NCBI GenBank assembly: GCA_001642005.1
Contig: LWCA01000031.1
Coordinates: 9,398 to 73,397 of the forward strand
Source: Intoshia linei
Taxonomy: Eukaryota > Animalia > Orthonectida
Direction: 5' to 3'
Length of the DNA stretch: 64,000 nt
Shown here: in pieces, positions 25,560 through 40,300 of the stretch
How positions within the stretch are numbered: position 1 is the stretch's first letter
Layout of the letters: each line of letters starts with the position of its first letter
Notes under the pieces: model-generated
What the model was told of the DNA's origin: nothing
Databases searched by the model: none
The model's input: the letters and a program-made list of their open reading frames with translations, nothing else
Program-made: the position numbers and the translations under genes

Positions 25560-27469
25560 ATTAATTAATAATAGACTCAGAAATCAGACAAATGGAAGAA
25601 TTTCTAAATAATTCTTGAATCAAAACTTTACCATATAACATTTAAACCTGATTATTCATATGATTTATTTATTAATAATATAAAATATAGGTATACTTAT
25701 TCGGTAATGAACCCTCATGTGTATCAAAAAATATTGGCATATATACCAATATTAATTTCAAAAACTATTAATTACCTCTATGAAATTGAAATTTCTTTGC
25801 ATTCTAGAAATTTAATATTTTTAAAATTACCAATAATTGATGACACTCTATTTAAACCCAAAAGGGAATCGGATAAAAAATTAAATATCAAAAATTCTAA
25901 CCGAAAATATTCTGCAATGTCTGAACCTGTAAATATCTCTAGAAATTTTTTTTGTAGAAAACCTGGCAGTAGATAATATTATTTGTACAATTAAACTATT
26001 TTAAATTTTTTGCATGTTTTTGCCTTGTTCAAAATCAACAATCTTTCAAATAAGAATTTGAACAATTTATATTGTAAAGTACAAAAATACAGTAAAGATA
26101 TGTTGAAAATGGGGCATTTTTTCAAATAATATAAAATGGAAATGAATTTTTATCAGAAATTTTCGATACAACTATTTACATTTCAACTACTGGGAAATTT
26201 AGTTATGTACATAAAAAAGAATTTATGTGTTTTGATATTAAATAAATTGCTTTTTTGATAATAAAAGCTTAGCTTTTTGTGATATTGAAATTTTATGGGT
26301 TTTTTAACTGGAAACAGCGGTATTAAATGTGGTATTTCTTTAAAAGTAAAGTCCTAGAACTTAAATTAAATTTGATATAAATATATTAATGGTCATAAAA
26401 TTTAAAAAATAAATATTTAAATAATGTCTTCACACGTTTAAGAACCACCCCTTTTAAAAGGTTGGTATTAGTGAATAGTAGCATTTTTATGAAAAATTTT
26501 ACTAAATGGTAGATTTAAAACGGTCCACTATAGGTAGAGTTAGGTGCATTTAGGTGCAGTTTGTACAAAGTACAAAACAGTCAAGCTAGTCTAAAATAAT
26601 AAAGTGAGTGTTTATATTTTTTATCATTACTATAATTTCCTTTCTGGTATACGGACTGAAACACAAATCACATCGACTACTGCATTAGTAATAACAATTT
26701 ACGGGTCAAAAACCCTAATTTTTTTTTTCAAAATGAAACAAGTTGGAAAATTTAAAAAATTATATCTTCAGGGCAAAACCACAAATTACCCTTTTTTTTT
26801 TTGGAATGAAAACAGCCCTAAAATTTAAAAAAATTTCAATCCGAATAAGTGATGATTTCATGGTCAAAAAAGCATTTTAGTATTCATATATTTTTTTTCC
26901 GAAATATTTTATTAAAGCAAAAAATGTGAAATAATTAACGATCCGAAAATTAAAACAAAAAATTATTTCGATAGAGCTTATTCCAGTTGATAAAAATACA
27001 AAAGTTCAACCAGAAAAATCTACGCATTCCCAATAAAAAATAATTTTTAATATATCAACTAATATTTTTTAAATATTTTATATTTTGATTAAAATAAAAA
27101 TTGAAAATGTAAATATTGATCCTACAGTTTCAAAAAAATATGCATTGAATTTTTAGACATTTCCAATAAAGAAATATAGGTGAAAATCTATATAATTCAT
27201 TCCTTTAGAATATTTTTCATTGCTACGCAATTTTTCAATCTCAAATTCTCATTTTCAAAACATTTTGTTTAAAATTTAAATTACAACTACAAAAACGAAT
27301 TACTAAAAGTAATACAACTTTGTTATTATTATTTTTATATATATTACAATCCTTTGCAATATTGGTCAAATTCACCTAAAATATGTTTATAAGATGCTGA
27401 TTCCATTAATTATAGATACATAATTGATATTTTTAAGTATTTATTAAATTGGTATTTAATATATATTAT

Positions 27470-27878
27470 CACATTAAAAATGACAAAATAGGTTTTTATA
27501 ATTTTATTTTTTCTTTAATTTTTGCTATTTATGATAATTTTTAGGATTAGACTGTTTTTACTTTATTTTTAATATTATACACACATTATGTCTAATAAAT
27601 TAAAAAAATGAAATAACAAGTGTTTTTAAAATTCTTTACGCAAATGTTAACAAACAAAAAATTGAGATGGAATAATTCACTTTAAAGTAAAAAGTAATGT
27701 GATATGATGGTTCTAACTGAAACAAATTTGGGAACCACTCCTTTAAAGGATTGATAATAGTGAATAGTAGAATTTTTAAGTCAGATTTTCAACGTGAATT
27801 TATTTTTTAAGTATAATAAAAATGTGCCCTCGGCAGAGCTAGGTCCTGTTTGTACGTAGCACATAACAGTCAACCTAG
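27470..27878 (+). mobile_element. Repeat family B, Helitron-like 3' end
   Basis: Hairpin CTGTTTGT...ACATAACAG then TCAACCTAG|T. Similarity stops after CTAGT in four copies (22436, 26589, 27878, and 42750 on the minus strand). Confidence 0.75.
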
Positions 27879-28360
27879 TTGAATACATAGTATGTAAATG
27901 TATTAATAAATATAATTTATGCGTAAATTTACAGATTAGGATAACATCGTTATACCAATTATTTATTTGTAGACACATTTTTTGCAGACACTAAAAATAT
28001 TGTACTATATGACCCCACATATCTAAATAATTGAGAGATGTTACTACCGAGTCTACAATCACTTGTAAAACTTATATATTATTTAATATGTGCTTTTTAT
28101 AAATTAATCTCATTTTATATCGATTATATAATTACAATATGTTAGTACATTGTATATTGTTTTTAATTTTTGGTGAATAACAAACACGATTTTATATAGC
28201 AACAATATTAGATAGGATATTAATAAAATCAATAAATTTGAAATGAGATTTCTATATATCAAGCATTCCCGTCCACTCAATTTAATTTTTAATCAATAAT
28301 TTTAAATTACTACAAAGAAAGTTCATTTAAATTTCAGTCTCAATTCATGAATGCGATGGC

Positions 28361-31300
28361 ATGAACAAGGATAATTTGTACATAAATTGGTGTTTCATTG
28401 ATAATTCAAACCCACCTCCACATTCAATAAGTACCGTTTGTTGGGATTCTACCAATAATGTCATTTTAACTGGATCTAAAGAAGGATCCATTTGTATTTG
28501 GGAAAATTATGACGGTAAAAGTTGTATTTATTATTTTTATGTAGGGTTTTTATCTCTATTAACGAAACTTTTAATACACTTGCCAAATTTGTCAATAATG
28601 GCCGAAAAGCAAATAAATAATTTTTAACACGTCAATACGCGATGAAAATTCGTGAATCGAGATGGAGAAACCTATAATATATACTAAAGGGAGTCTACTT
28701 AAATCCAACCATTTTTACTAAAAATCAAAATTACCAACCTTTTAGGGAGTATTCCTATTTTACTAAACTTTAAGGGAAAAATCTATTTTTACTAACCCTA
28801 AAACGAAAAATCCAATTCTACCAACCTACAAAGAATACTTCAGTTTTAACAACCCTTTAGGAAAAATTCCAGTTTTACCAACCCTTAAGGGAAAAATCCA
28901 ATTTTACCGAATTGCGGAGTATACTATAAAAACTAAGTAACACAAACAAAACAAAGTGAAGATCTTAAATAGAAGGATTATAAACAGATGTTATGAACAC
29001 TTTTATGCTTACTTACACTGATGATAAAACAAATAAAAATTTACAACAAAAAAAATTAAATTTTAGATAATATAGATATGGATTCTTTCTTAAAGATTGG
29101 TAAAAGTGGAATTTTCTCTAAAGAGTTTGTAAAAGTGGGTTTTTACTTAAGGGTTAGTGTAAAAAGGGTTGGGTTAAAGTAAAAATTGTTGTATTGAAGT
29201 AAAAATGGTTATTTTAAGTAAAACTGGTTGGATTTAAGTAATAATGGTTGGGTTGAAGTAAAAATGGGTGGATTTAAGTAAAAATAGTTGGGTTGAAGTA
29301 AAAATGGGTGGATTTAAGTAAAAATAGTTGGGTTTAAGAATATTATCTATACTAAATGTAAATGTGTACAGTAAATTACATTCCAATTGAATTATAATTC
29401 TAATTTTACGGAATGAATGTTTATTAATTAAGTTGTAGTATTCTGTGATAATTTACTGTGTTAATTAAAAAATTTAGATAATTTACTTTGTCCGACTACA
29501 TTTCTACTAAGTCATACTGACGAGATATCCACAATAACGTTAATTGAAAATGAAAACAAAATTTTCGCAGTTACGGACAATTCTGGTGGTTTTAGCGTAT
29601 GGAATGCAGGTTTGAATAAATGTGTAAATTTTTTAACAGAAACTTGCGTTCATTCAGAAGTCAAATTTTACCATATAGAAAGATTAAAATTGGGTGTTTT
29701 GTTGACATGTGGAAGTTATGAATATATAAAGATATACTCTGCCTTGTCCTTAAATTTGTTGTCAAATTTAGTAATTAAACCGGATGATATCAGTGCAATA
29801 AACCAAATTACAATTTTTTTAATATGTTGGCCGTCATCAAACCAAAACGAGGTGATAATTGGTTGTTCACCAGGTGGTCAATTGATAATGTGGACAAAAA
29901 TATTGAATGAAGAATCAAAATGGCCTATAAACCAAAATGATCCTTGCAACGTAAATGCGTGTGAAATTGTCGATTTGCATACTAAATGCCCCTTGAACAT
30001 TTCCCATTACTGTAAAAATCCTCGTGTATTAATGTTTCTTTTTCTCCAAAAATTTGTGATATACGATATCGGAAAATTCAATTTGTTGAACGTTGAATAT
30101 ATAAAAGAAGAAAACACGTTAAACTTTTTCCAAAGAGGTTGTTTTGTTAACGAGCAAGACATTATTACAATTTCTACATTAGGTCAAATTTTCATTTATC
30201 AAATTTCAATCGATTTACAATTAAAGGTAGAATTGTCAAAGGTAAAAAAGATTGACATTTCAAAATTTGTTGCCTTGCAAGTCAATTTAAATTCCCAATT
30301 TTTTATTTCTCGAGATTTATCAAACTGCACGTGCTTATCTTTTACTAAAGACTTAATCATAATGACGCAAATTACCCCGAAAAACTACAATGTCAAATTT
30401 TGCCATAGTGTACAATTTGAAGAACATTGGACTCTATTGAATAGTACAGGAATTTTTGAAAATGTTGATGAAATTAATAATAAAAAAGTTTTATGTTATA
30501 CATATCTCGAATTACCCCAGGTCGTTTCTGTCGGGTTTGAAGATGGAATAATTTCATTCATTCAAATGTTTGAATCCATTTTCAATAATTTTATGGAATC
30601 TGAAATTTTCGAAGGAAATAAATATAATAATTTAATTATTGATTTATCGAAAATGTCTTCCAGAATGTTCGCAACAATGTTGTTTTATCCCTATAATAAT
30701 GATCGAAATAGGTATATGGAGAATTGGTTCATATCTATAAATTCAGACAAATCCGTAATGTTGTGGGATTTGAATAATATAGATATGGGTCCAATGTACA
30801 TTTATTCTTCACACAATGACACTATCCAAGAAATATCTGTTCCACCAAATATTTTCGACAAAAGCTTGGAACATTGCATTTTAACCAAATCCGAATCAAT
30901 AATTAGTGTCGATGATTTATTACATGGCAAAAACGAGTTTATCGCTAGTAGACACCCTGTTACAATAAAAAGTTTTTACTTTTGCTGTGTTAACCATCTA
31001 CTAGTTGTTAAACTTGTAAATTCTTCCATTTTCCTCTGGAATATTGATAGTGGAAATTTGGACCGTGTAGTGTATGGAAAAGTAACTCTAATGATTGATA
31101 GCAATTTAAACAGTATCAATACTTGTTTCAATTTATCACAGTCAAATGACCCAGAAATTACAATTTCCGACGCATTGAAACGTCGGAATATTGACTCTCT
31201 AAAACTTTTTGCAGAAAAAAAATTAAACAAGTTTAAAAGAAATTCCAGAGATCCCAACGATATTTTTGAATCTTTTCAGAATTCACATGCATCTTTTCCC

Positions 31301-34300
31301 GTGAAACTCAGAATACCTCTCCTCAATATTAACCGTATAAAGTGCCTTTCAGTATTATCTATTGACGTCGTGACCATGATGTACATTTTAAAATATCATT
31401 TCGTCGAACTTTCGGAAAATGCTGACCCAAAAAGTACATTCAAAGACGAATTAATCAATGTTTGTTTCAAAACAATTCTTTTATTAATTTCTTTAAATTC
31501 ATCATTTATATCAAATATTAATAATGATAACGAAAATATATTTTCATTGAAAATTTTCAAAAAATCTTGCCGCCTTTTACTTAATCATAACATTTTTTTT
31601 AAAGATATGCCTTATTACTTTGTCAATCTTAATAAAAATAAAACAAATTTAAAACCCAATATAATTTTACTTATTGCTAAACTATGCGTTAGTAATACGT
31701 TCCAGTCAAACAAATCTCTATTTCTAGTTTTTTCAAAATTCCACATTGAATATTTGAGCGCCAAATCAATTTCGTTTTATAAACAATTTATTTTGAAGAA
31801 TAATAACATTTTTAAAGAAGGTAATAATGTACCTCAAGTTTTGGATGTTATCTTTCAATGTCTTAATATCTTACGGATTGATTGTGATGATATTTGCATG
31901 GCGGCTCATTTATTGATAAAAGAAATTTTTTCTAATTCTAATAATACCATTTTAACAGAAATTTACCGAAAATGTACCGAGTATATTGAAACTTTTGTCA
32001 AAACTACTGGATCTTTCAATGAAAGCAAAATTTCTGAAATGTTTAAGCATGTTGTATTGATAGATTATCTCAACAATTCCGGAAACAAAAGGTTGGAATA
32101 TATCAACAAATATCGATTGGAAATCCATTGGATAGGTGTTCATTACATTTTAACCAGTCAACTCTTTTCTAAATCCGAAAATCTTGAATATAAACGTTTG
32201 ATCATTAAAATGTTACCGAAAAACATTCCATATTTAACAGAATATACTACTCTTCATTTACTTTTTCTGACAATACTAATTGAAATGGTTCAAGGCGAAC
32301 TTTACGAATGTAACATCATTTCACCGTTAAAACTAAACCTCCAATCACCTATAAAAAGACACACTCTACCTATACAAAAAAAGTACATTTATTGCACCAC
32401 TGTGTACGATACACTCTACAAAATTTGTTTTAAATATACAAATATTTTTATTAAATCTCTCAATTTTATTGTCAGTGTATTGAGTGAACGTAATATCAAT
32501 AATGAATATGAAAATGAACATGTTTCAGTCAAATTAAAAATTTTGAAAATAAAACAAATGAATGAAAAAAGAATGCCAAAAATTAAATTGAATACGATTT
32601 ATCTTATTGATTCAATTTGTTCTGAAATGGAAAAAACACACGAAAAATTGGTTGAATGGAATACCCTACTTGTCAATATTGTCGACATTATATTGTCGTG
32701 TTGTAATAACAATTTTTTATTGACGTATGGATTTGAAATGGTTTCTAAAAATATTTCGAAATTACCAAAAATTTCATTTTCTCATTTCAGTAAACGCGTT
32801 TTTGTTGTACATGATTATCATTTTATTACCATTTTTGATTATAAATTGAACCGGAAACATAAAATTGATACTTTTGAAATTCTTTCTGATGAGTGTATTA
32901 TTGATTACATTCAATGTGCAGATAATGGAAAAGTTTTGGTTCTGCTTGTTACAAATCAAGAATGCATCTATTTTGCAAGGGTATATTTTTAAATAAAACT
33001 TTAAATAAATCATTATTATATACTTAATTAAATAATTAATATTATGGAAATAAGGGTATCCCACACAAGTAAAGTTTTTAGGGATTTTATCCCTAAGCCT
33101 AAACGACTGCTATATTATTATTTTAAAAATCCCACTTTTTCCCACCATTAATAAAATTTAATAATATTTAATAAAAAATACCATTTTAAGTTTTTTATGT
33201 AAAAATCCGTTTTTAATATTTTACAAAAAGTCTCTTAGTCCTACCCCAAAATAAAAAATTTAATTTTACCAAACGTTAAGCATTAAGTTAAGGTAAAATT
33301 TCTTTCCCTAAATTTTTTGAAAACTTCGATTATACAAAAACTTACGAGATAAAACTCTTAATCCAACCACAAAATAAATAACCAATTTATTATTAAACAA
33401 TGAAAGAAAAATGGCTTTTTCCGAGTACTAAAACATTAAAAATTTGTGAGATTTACAAGCGTGAATGTATTTAGTTTACAATTGACTTCTTTTTTTAGTT
33501 ATTTTTAGTCTTTATTAGTTATTTATATATTTAAAAAAACCACCAAAGGGTTGCTGGTATTAGCAAATCGAACACTGTCATCTGTATTAGTTAGGACTAT
33601 GAGATTTTATGCTTTTTTACAGTGGTTGTTATTATGGGTAAAATTATATTGTCTAAGTCCTCATTGACGAAATTGAAAATTCTGTAATTTCGTTAATATG
33701 GAATTTTCGGTCCAGGCCATTAAGATGCAAGGTTCGTAGGTTGAAATTAACGATAATGTTAAGTATTTCAAAATGGTATCAGAATTTTTATTCTTTAGAA
33801 TAATAAGCTTATTACGTTTATAAATGGTTACAAACAGAAATGTATAGCAGTGGTTCCCGAATGTGAGTCCCTGGACCTTTTGGGTCAAATAATATATTCC
33901 TTATTTTATGAAATTCAAATAAAATATAAAAAAATTTTAATCAACTTTTTTTTAATTTTATAGGAGAATTTTCAATATTTATTTAAATTTTTTGCCAGAA
34001 GTTGGTAATTTATCCCAACTTTTGCAGATCGTTTAGACTACAGCCTACCGCAGACTACATTATTATTTCAAAAATCGTACTTTTATCCCACCATTAATAA
34101 AACTTCATAAATAATACGATTTGAAACCCTCATGGAAAAATCGATTTTTACCGATATTTTTTTTGAAAATTTGATAATACCAAACTTTATGAGAAAAATC
34201 CACTCAATCAAAGCACAAAATAAAAATTACCATTTTACCAAATCTTATGAAAAAAACCTTTAATTTTTTTATAAATTTTTTATATTTCATGTTTTCTTTG

Positions 34301-34817
34301 GGGTCCAAAAAATAAATATTTTGAAATAAGGGTCTGTAGTACGGACTCCGTACACTATTTGAATCTAGAACCACTGATTTGTATTCACTTTATTTTTAAG
34401 TAAGAATATAATTAAAATAAAAATATACTGTAGTAATTTGTTAATTATAATAACAAGTTGAGTTAAATTTTTTTGATTTTAATGATTATTTTAGTAACTT
34501 TCACTAATAAGAGGGTTGACAGGTTTAACAGTATGATGTATAATCATTATTATATTGTTGATGACTATTTGAAAAACAAATAAAATTTTCAAAGTTCACA
34601 AATCTTACGCATTTATTATTGATTTTAGATTTTAACGACTGGAATATTTGCGAATAATAAAATTAGCACCAAAATATACAAGAAAACAAGTATATCAAAA
34701 CAAATCAATCAATTTAAAAATTCAAAACATGAGATGAATTTTGGTTTAATCCTTACACCAGATAATACACTCTCTCTAATTTTACCAAACAATTTATCCG
34801 TGATTTATAATATCTAA
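28361..34817 (+). CDS. WDR7: WD-repeat protein WDR7/Rabconnectin-3B-like
   Basis: Exons 28361-28514, 29478-32980, 34629-34817. PPHSISTV...LTGSKEGSICIW, LLSHTDEIS, ASRHPVTIKS and IFLWNIDSGNLDRVVYG match the WDR7/WDR72 family. Confidence 0.8.
28696..29340. repeat. Foldback-like element: inverted arms built of 31-bp and 20-bp tandem units
   Basis: Left arm has about 6 units like TTTTACCAACCCTTAAGGGAAAAATCCAA. Right arm has reverse-complement units plus about 9 copies of AAGTAAAAATGGTTGGATTT. A unique spacer lies at about 28915-29075. Confidence 0.75.
33848..34376. mobile_element. hAT-type MITE containing degenerate 31-bp units
   Basis: CAGTGGTTC...GAACCACTG termini. Homologous to 35501-35978. 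Confidence 0.65.
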
Positions 34818-35500
34818 TAAACATTTCCATGTTGTATTAAATTCTGTATCAGCCGATCTCAACCTTTGCAAAAACGACCCCTCCAATTTTTGGGCATACA
34901 TAAGTAGAAATTAATTTATATATTAATACAATATAGTTGATATGTAAAATAAGATAATTTGTTCTAGTCAGGGTTGGCAAACGATAAAAATTGATCGATA
35001 ATATTGTTGAATTTTAAATTTAATTAACTGATTTTGTTTAATTGTATATTGAAACTGTGAATTAATCATGTAATTATAACCTCGTATAATTATAATTACA
35101 ATAAAAATAAAGCTAAAAAGATGAGATAAAAATTTCCGAGTTTTTGGTATATAATTTGTAGTTTGTAGTCAAAATATTGGGTATATTCTGTATAGACCGA
35201 CAATTTTTTATGATCGAATATTAGAAACCCTTGAAATGCACTAAAATAATCGATATTAGATTTTAAGCATTTTAATTAAAGACAATTTTAATTGAGTACT
35301 AATCACCTTTTTATTCAAATACGTGTGCCATTTCACATTAAAATTAAGAAATGAAGTAAAAGTATTTTTTTAGATTATACACATGTTTATTTACACAAAT
35401 TGCATACTTATATCTTTCATCGTTTCCTGGTATTTGAGTATAGTGAATTTGATTCGGGATTAGAGTTTCAATTTAACCGACTTTTTTATTACATTTAAAT

Positions 35501-35978
35501 CAGTGGTTCTTTATAAGTCCCTGGACCTCTTGAGTCAAAAACTATATGCCTTGGGGTCTATCAAATTCAAATAAAAGAATTTCTAATATTTATTACAAAG
35601 TTACAGATTTTGGCAATTTATCTCAAATTCTAGATGACTACTATTATTATAATTTAAAAAATCCCTATTTTATCCCATTATTAATAAAATTTAATACAAA
35701 ACACCATTTCAAACCCTCATAGAAAAATCGACTTTTATCGATATTTTGTTGAAACATTCATTTAAACCACAACATAAAAAAATCCAATTTTATCAACCCT
35801 GAAGAGAAAAATCCTTATTTTTAATTTTTTTTGAAAAACAAGCTTTTACTAAATTAATAATATGAGAAAAAATTTTTAATTTTTTCATGAATGTTTTGTA
35901 TTTTATTTTTCCTATGGGGTCTAAAAAAATAAATATTATGAAATGGGGTCCGTACACTATTTGAATCTGGAATTACTG
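35501..35978. mobile_element. hAT-type MITE (same family as 33848-34376)
   Basis: CAGTGGTTC start, TSD ATTTAAAT/ATTTAAAG. Confidence 0.7.
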
Positions 35979-37388
35979 ATTTAAAGGTAATTAAATTTTT
36001 TAAGCATACCTTAATTTTTTCAAGAAATATGGTTTTAAATTTAAACAATAATAATGCACTTTAATTAAAAATAATACATAAAAACTATTAGAGCCAACCT
36101 CGCTACCACCTGAAAATTTATAGACACCTTAAAAATTTTGCAACCGAAGCGTAGTGTTCTATATATCTAGTAACATATACACGGTTCTTGTCTTGACAAT
36201 TTACATATAAAAGCCAAAATAATTATGTTATTCATGAACATAATTTTTTTAAAGTCCAATTTGGTATAATGATGTTCGGAACAGGGATTTCGGTAATATA
36301 GGTTAGTTCTGCAAACTATCACATAAAATTTGTAATGAATTTCTATAATCAGTATTATAAATAATCGTAAATTAAAATTTCATCCTAAATAATCACTGAA
36401 GTGAGTCAAAAAGCTGTTTTGCTTTGTAGAAATGATAAATTTTTTGCGTCGTGAACATATACCTTGAAATGAAAAATATATTAACAATGAATTTCGTTTA
36501 ATATGGTATTATAATACTCTATTCGGGTTAATAGGTTTCTTTTATTATAGTAACGTAACCTCAGTTCTTTCTTTTAAAATTGGAATTGGAAATGTATATT
36601 TCATAGTCTAATTTATTACCGATTAATGATGATGACATAATGTTTATTTGCAACATTTATTCTACTTCAATATCTCAAAAACGTTAAAATCATAAAAAAT
36701 TAATTTTTTTAATTTAAGCCAACTATTACCGGTAATGGTGTACCTATATTAAAACACTATTCTAAACTATTTATATTTTAAAATATAGTTTCAATGAAAG
36801 TTTCATGTCAATTTTATATTTATTGCGATTTTATTTGAAAAATTGAGCGTCCATAACTTATGGATTTACTTACTTATATATACTTGATTTATAAATAAGG
36901 GATTATTAAAAAAATTAAAAAAAAAAATCCATTGAGATGAATATATCATTTATAAAATAATATCTTATATCGATTCGAAAATATCCAGGTAATTTTTAAT
37001 AAATCGAAAAATTTTTTTAGAGGCCGCTGACTAACCGACACTGTTGAAAAGGGTCAAATTGAATTTAGGAATCTTACTTTTAAACTATCGATACATAAAT
37101 TATTTTCAGATTCCCAATATGAACATAATTAAATTTACATATTTTTCAACTCTTACGTGATACATTTTCAAACTGATGTTCACTTAAAAATAACTAACTA
37201 GCTACTGTAATTAACGTAACTATCATAATTTTAACATTTTTGCTCAATTCGGGACCTGGTAAGTCACAAAAATTTCTGTAGTAACATACTAAAGATGTAT
37301 AATGTACCGTATATTATGTACGCAGAAATAAATAATAACTTTATTGTAAACTATGACAAATACATATCAAATATTTCATCGCAAGTAA

Positions 37389-40300
37389 ATGACCGTCAAT
37401 TACGGAGATTATGTGGTATTTATTGTATTTATTATGAATGAAACATTAAAAAAAATACACAGTGAGACTTTAACAAGAAAAAACTACTTTGTTTCTACAA
37501 TATATTTAAAATTATTTCATTAATTTCTAACTTTCTATATTGATGATTTAATTTTTCTGATATTAATATAATATTTTAAGACTGACGATGATTTGTTATT
37601 TGAAGATGATGTACAACGTAATCGATATTCTGTTAAGGCTTGGCTAAATTATGTGGAACATAAAAAAGACACTGAATCTCATATTGTAAATTTACTATTT
37701 GAACGTGCATTGAAGAATTTGCCTGGCAGGTTTTATTTTTATAAAAAAATGTTAAACAATACGGTGGCCACTTCACCAATGGCCTTACAAGAGTGGTAAG
37801 AGTTTGATGGATGTTATAATCAGTTTTTTAATTACGCGTGAATTTTCATATTTCCTAATTTCCCCTCCTTTCTCGGGGATATTTCGACGGTGGGTTAGAA
37901 ATACCAGTATATTATGATAAAAATTTAATTTAGCTATAAACTCTGGCACCATTACACCTTGGAACGCCAAACTCAAACAAAAAGATTGTGTTGTACAGAC
38001 AGACAAATTGATGCACTTTTCAATGTATATGATCGCTGTTTTGTTTATATGAATAAGGTAATTTACAATACATTTTTATTTTATGTTATTTTCCACTAAT
38101 TCAGCCACAATGCTACTTTTTTTATTGATACTACGGCCGCACAAAATTTACTGAGACATTGAGAAAGTTTACTCTGGACCTAAATTTTAGGTCTAATAAA
38201 ATAGTTTTCTTTAAATTTTAATATCAGCAAGTTTTAATTCATAATTTTCAATTAAAATTAATCCTTAATTCACTCATATGAATTAACACCACATTTGTCA
38301 TATATCTGAATCGGAATAAATAGCAATAGTAGGATGAATGCAGTGCTTCTCATGGGGTTAACCAGTCACCCAAGGGGTGAATACGAAAATTTAGATGATT
38401 GTAGGCGTATCTGCAATTTTGAACATATTTAATTAAATCATCCAATTTAATATAATCTTATGAGAAAAAACCAAAATTTTACTAATTCTTAAGGAAGAAA
38501 TCTTTTTTTACGAATATTTTTTTTAAAAATCAATTTTTACCAAATTTTTAGATCAATAATATTGTTCTGACGGATTCCATAAGAAAAAACCTGATTTTAA
38601 AAAAATTTGAAAAATCTCCTTTTACTAATATTTTATTTGAAAAGACATTAATCATTAATATTTCGTTAAATAATTAATAATAATTGGACAACAGAAAAAA
38701 GTTCCATTAAAAACCGATTTGTTGATACATTAGAGTGGAAGACATAAAAAAATATGTAAATATTAATAATGACATAAAAAAGATATCAGTGACTTCCATG
38801 ATTTTGTGTGCCCTTCGCTAACATTTGAGAAACTGGGGCAAAGTCAAGAATGTAATTTTTTGTATTAAAATATTTCATATAGACCTTGAATAAAGTCTCA
38901 TTTTAACTTTTCAATTTGAAGTAAAATTATATATTGCATTATGATCAGATGTATTGCCCACGGCCGCACGTTGTACACCCCTGATCTGTAGTTATCAAAT
39001 TGTGATTATTTCAATTGGCCATTTAGCGGCGAACGATATATAAAAATGATTATTAGAATTTATAATATCCAAATTCATGCAATTTAAAGTGCTATAATCA
39101 GGACCTTGAAGAGCCAGAAGTAGGTCCATGTAAATTTTTTTTAAAAATGGGACCTCTGTATATTGCTTAATCGATAGTTCATTATCTAAAAATTAAAATT
39201 AACCCTTCGAAATCGCATTGGTTATCGACATTTCTGCATATTTAAGAAATCTTTTAACATTACACATTAATAAATTAAAAAAGTAGGCCCTCATGATTGT
39301 AGACTCGCTCATATGGCCCCAGCCCCCCACGGGCCTGTTTTATAATTTAACCTTCTATAAAGTCGAAATATACCACTTAATAGATTATTTTAGATGCCTA
39401 GATTATGGCTTGAGTATTGCCAATGTTTGGTAAGAAATAACCGAATAACACGAAGCCGACATGCTTTTGATCGAGCTCTAAAAGCACTGCCAATTACACA
39501 ACATTCTCGAATTTGGAAAGAATATATTACATTTATAAATTTACACGGAAAAAGTATCAGTAAAATGGCAATACGTGTTTATAACCGCTATTTGCAACTG
39601 GAACCTGAAAATATTGAAAAATATTACGATTTTTTAATAGATTGTGAGTTTTACGAGGAAGCAGCTCAAGTTTTGATAAGAATTATAAATGATGAACATT
39701 TTTGTTCAAAAAATTCAAAAACGAAATTCCAATTATGGAATGAATTATGTCAGATAATTTCGAAATACCCTGAAAAAATGGTGTCGATTGATGTTGATGC
39801 AATTATGAGGTATGGAATCTCAAAATATACGGACCAAATTGGTTTATTATGGAATTCTCTAGCAAATTATTATATTAGAGGCGGAAATTTTCAAAAAGCG
39901 AGAGATATTTACCATGAAGCGATTGAAACTGTAAAAACGTCAAGAGATTTCAGTCAAGTCTTTGACACATTCGTAAATTTTGAAGAACAATTGGTTTCAA
40001 CTAAAATGAACAAAAAAGTTGAAAATGTAAGTATTGATGACGAGGATTATGAAATTGAACTGGAAATTTTATTAGGCAGGTTAGAATCTCTTATAGAGGA
40101 CCGACCGTTATTGTTGAATAGTGTGTTATTAAGGCAAAACCCGCACAATGTAGTGGAATGGCAAAATCGAGCACGAATTTTTGAATCTGAACCAGAAAAA
40201 GTAATATATACCTATGAACAAGCAATAAAAATTGTGGATATTCGCCAATCTATTGGTAGTATGCAACAGTTGTGGATTGATTATGCCATTTTTTATCACA

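Noticed and set aside
27730-27750. TTAAAGG as a Kolobok terminus
   Set aside because: Similarity between copies continues on both sides, so it is an internal site of repeat family B.
29160-29340. CRISPR-like or telomere-like periodic array
   Set aside because: The 20-bp units are contiguous with no unique spacers, there are no cas genes, and the context is a eukaryotic intron.
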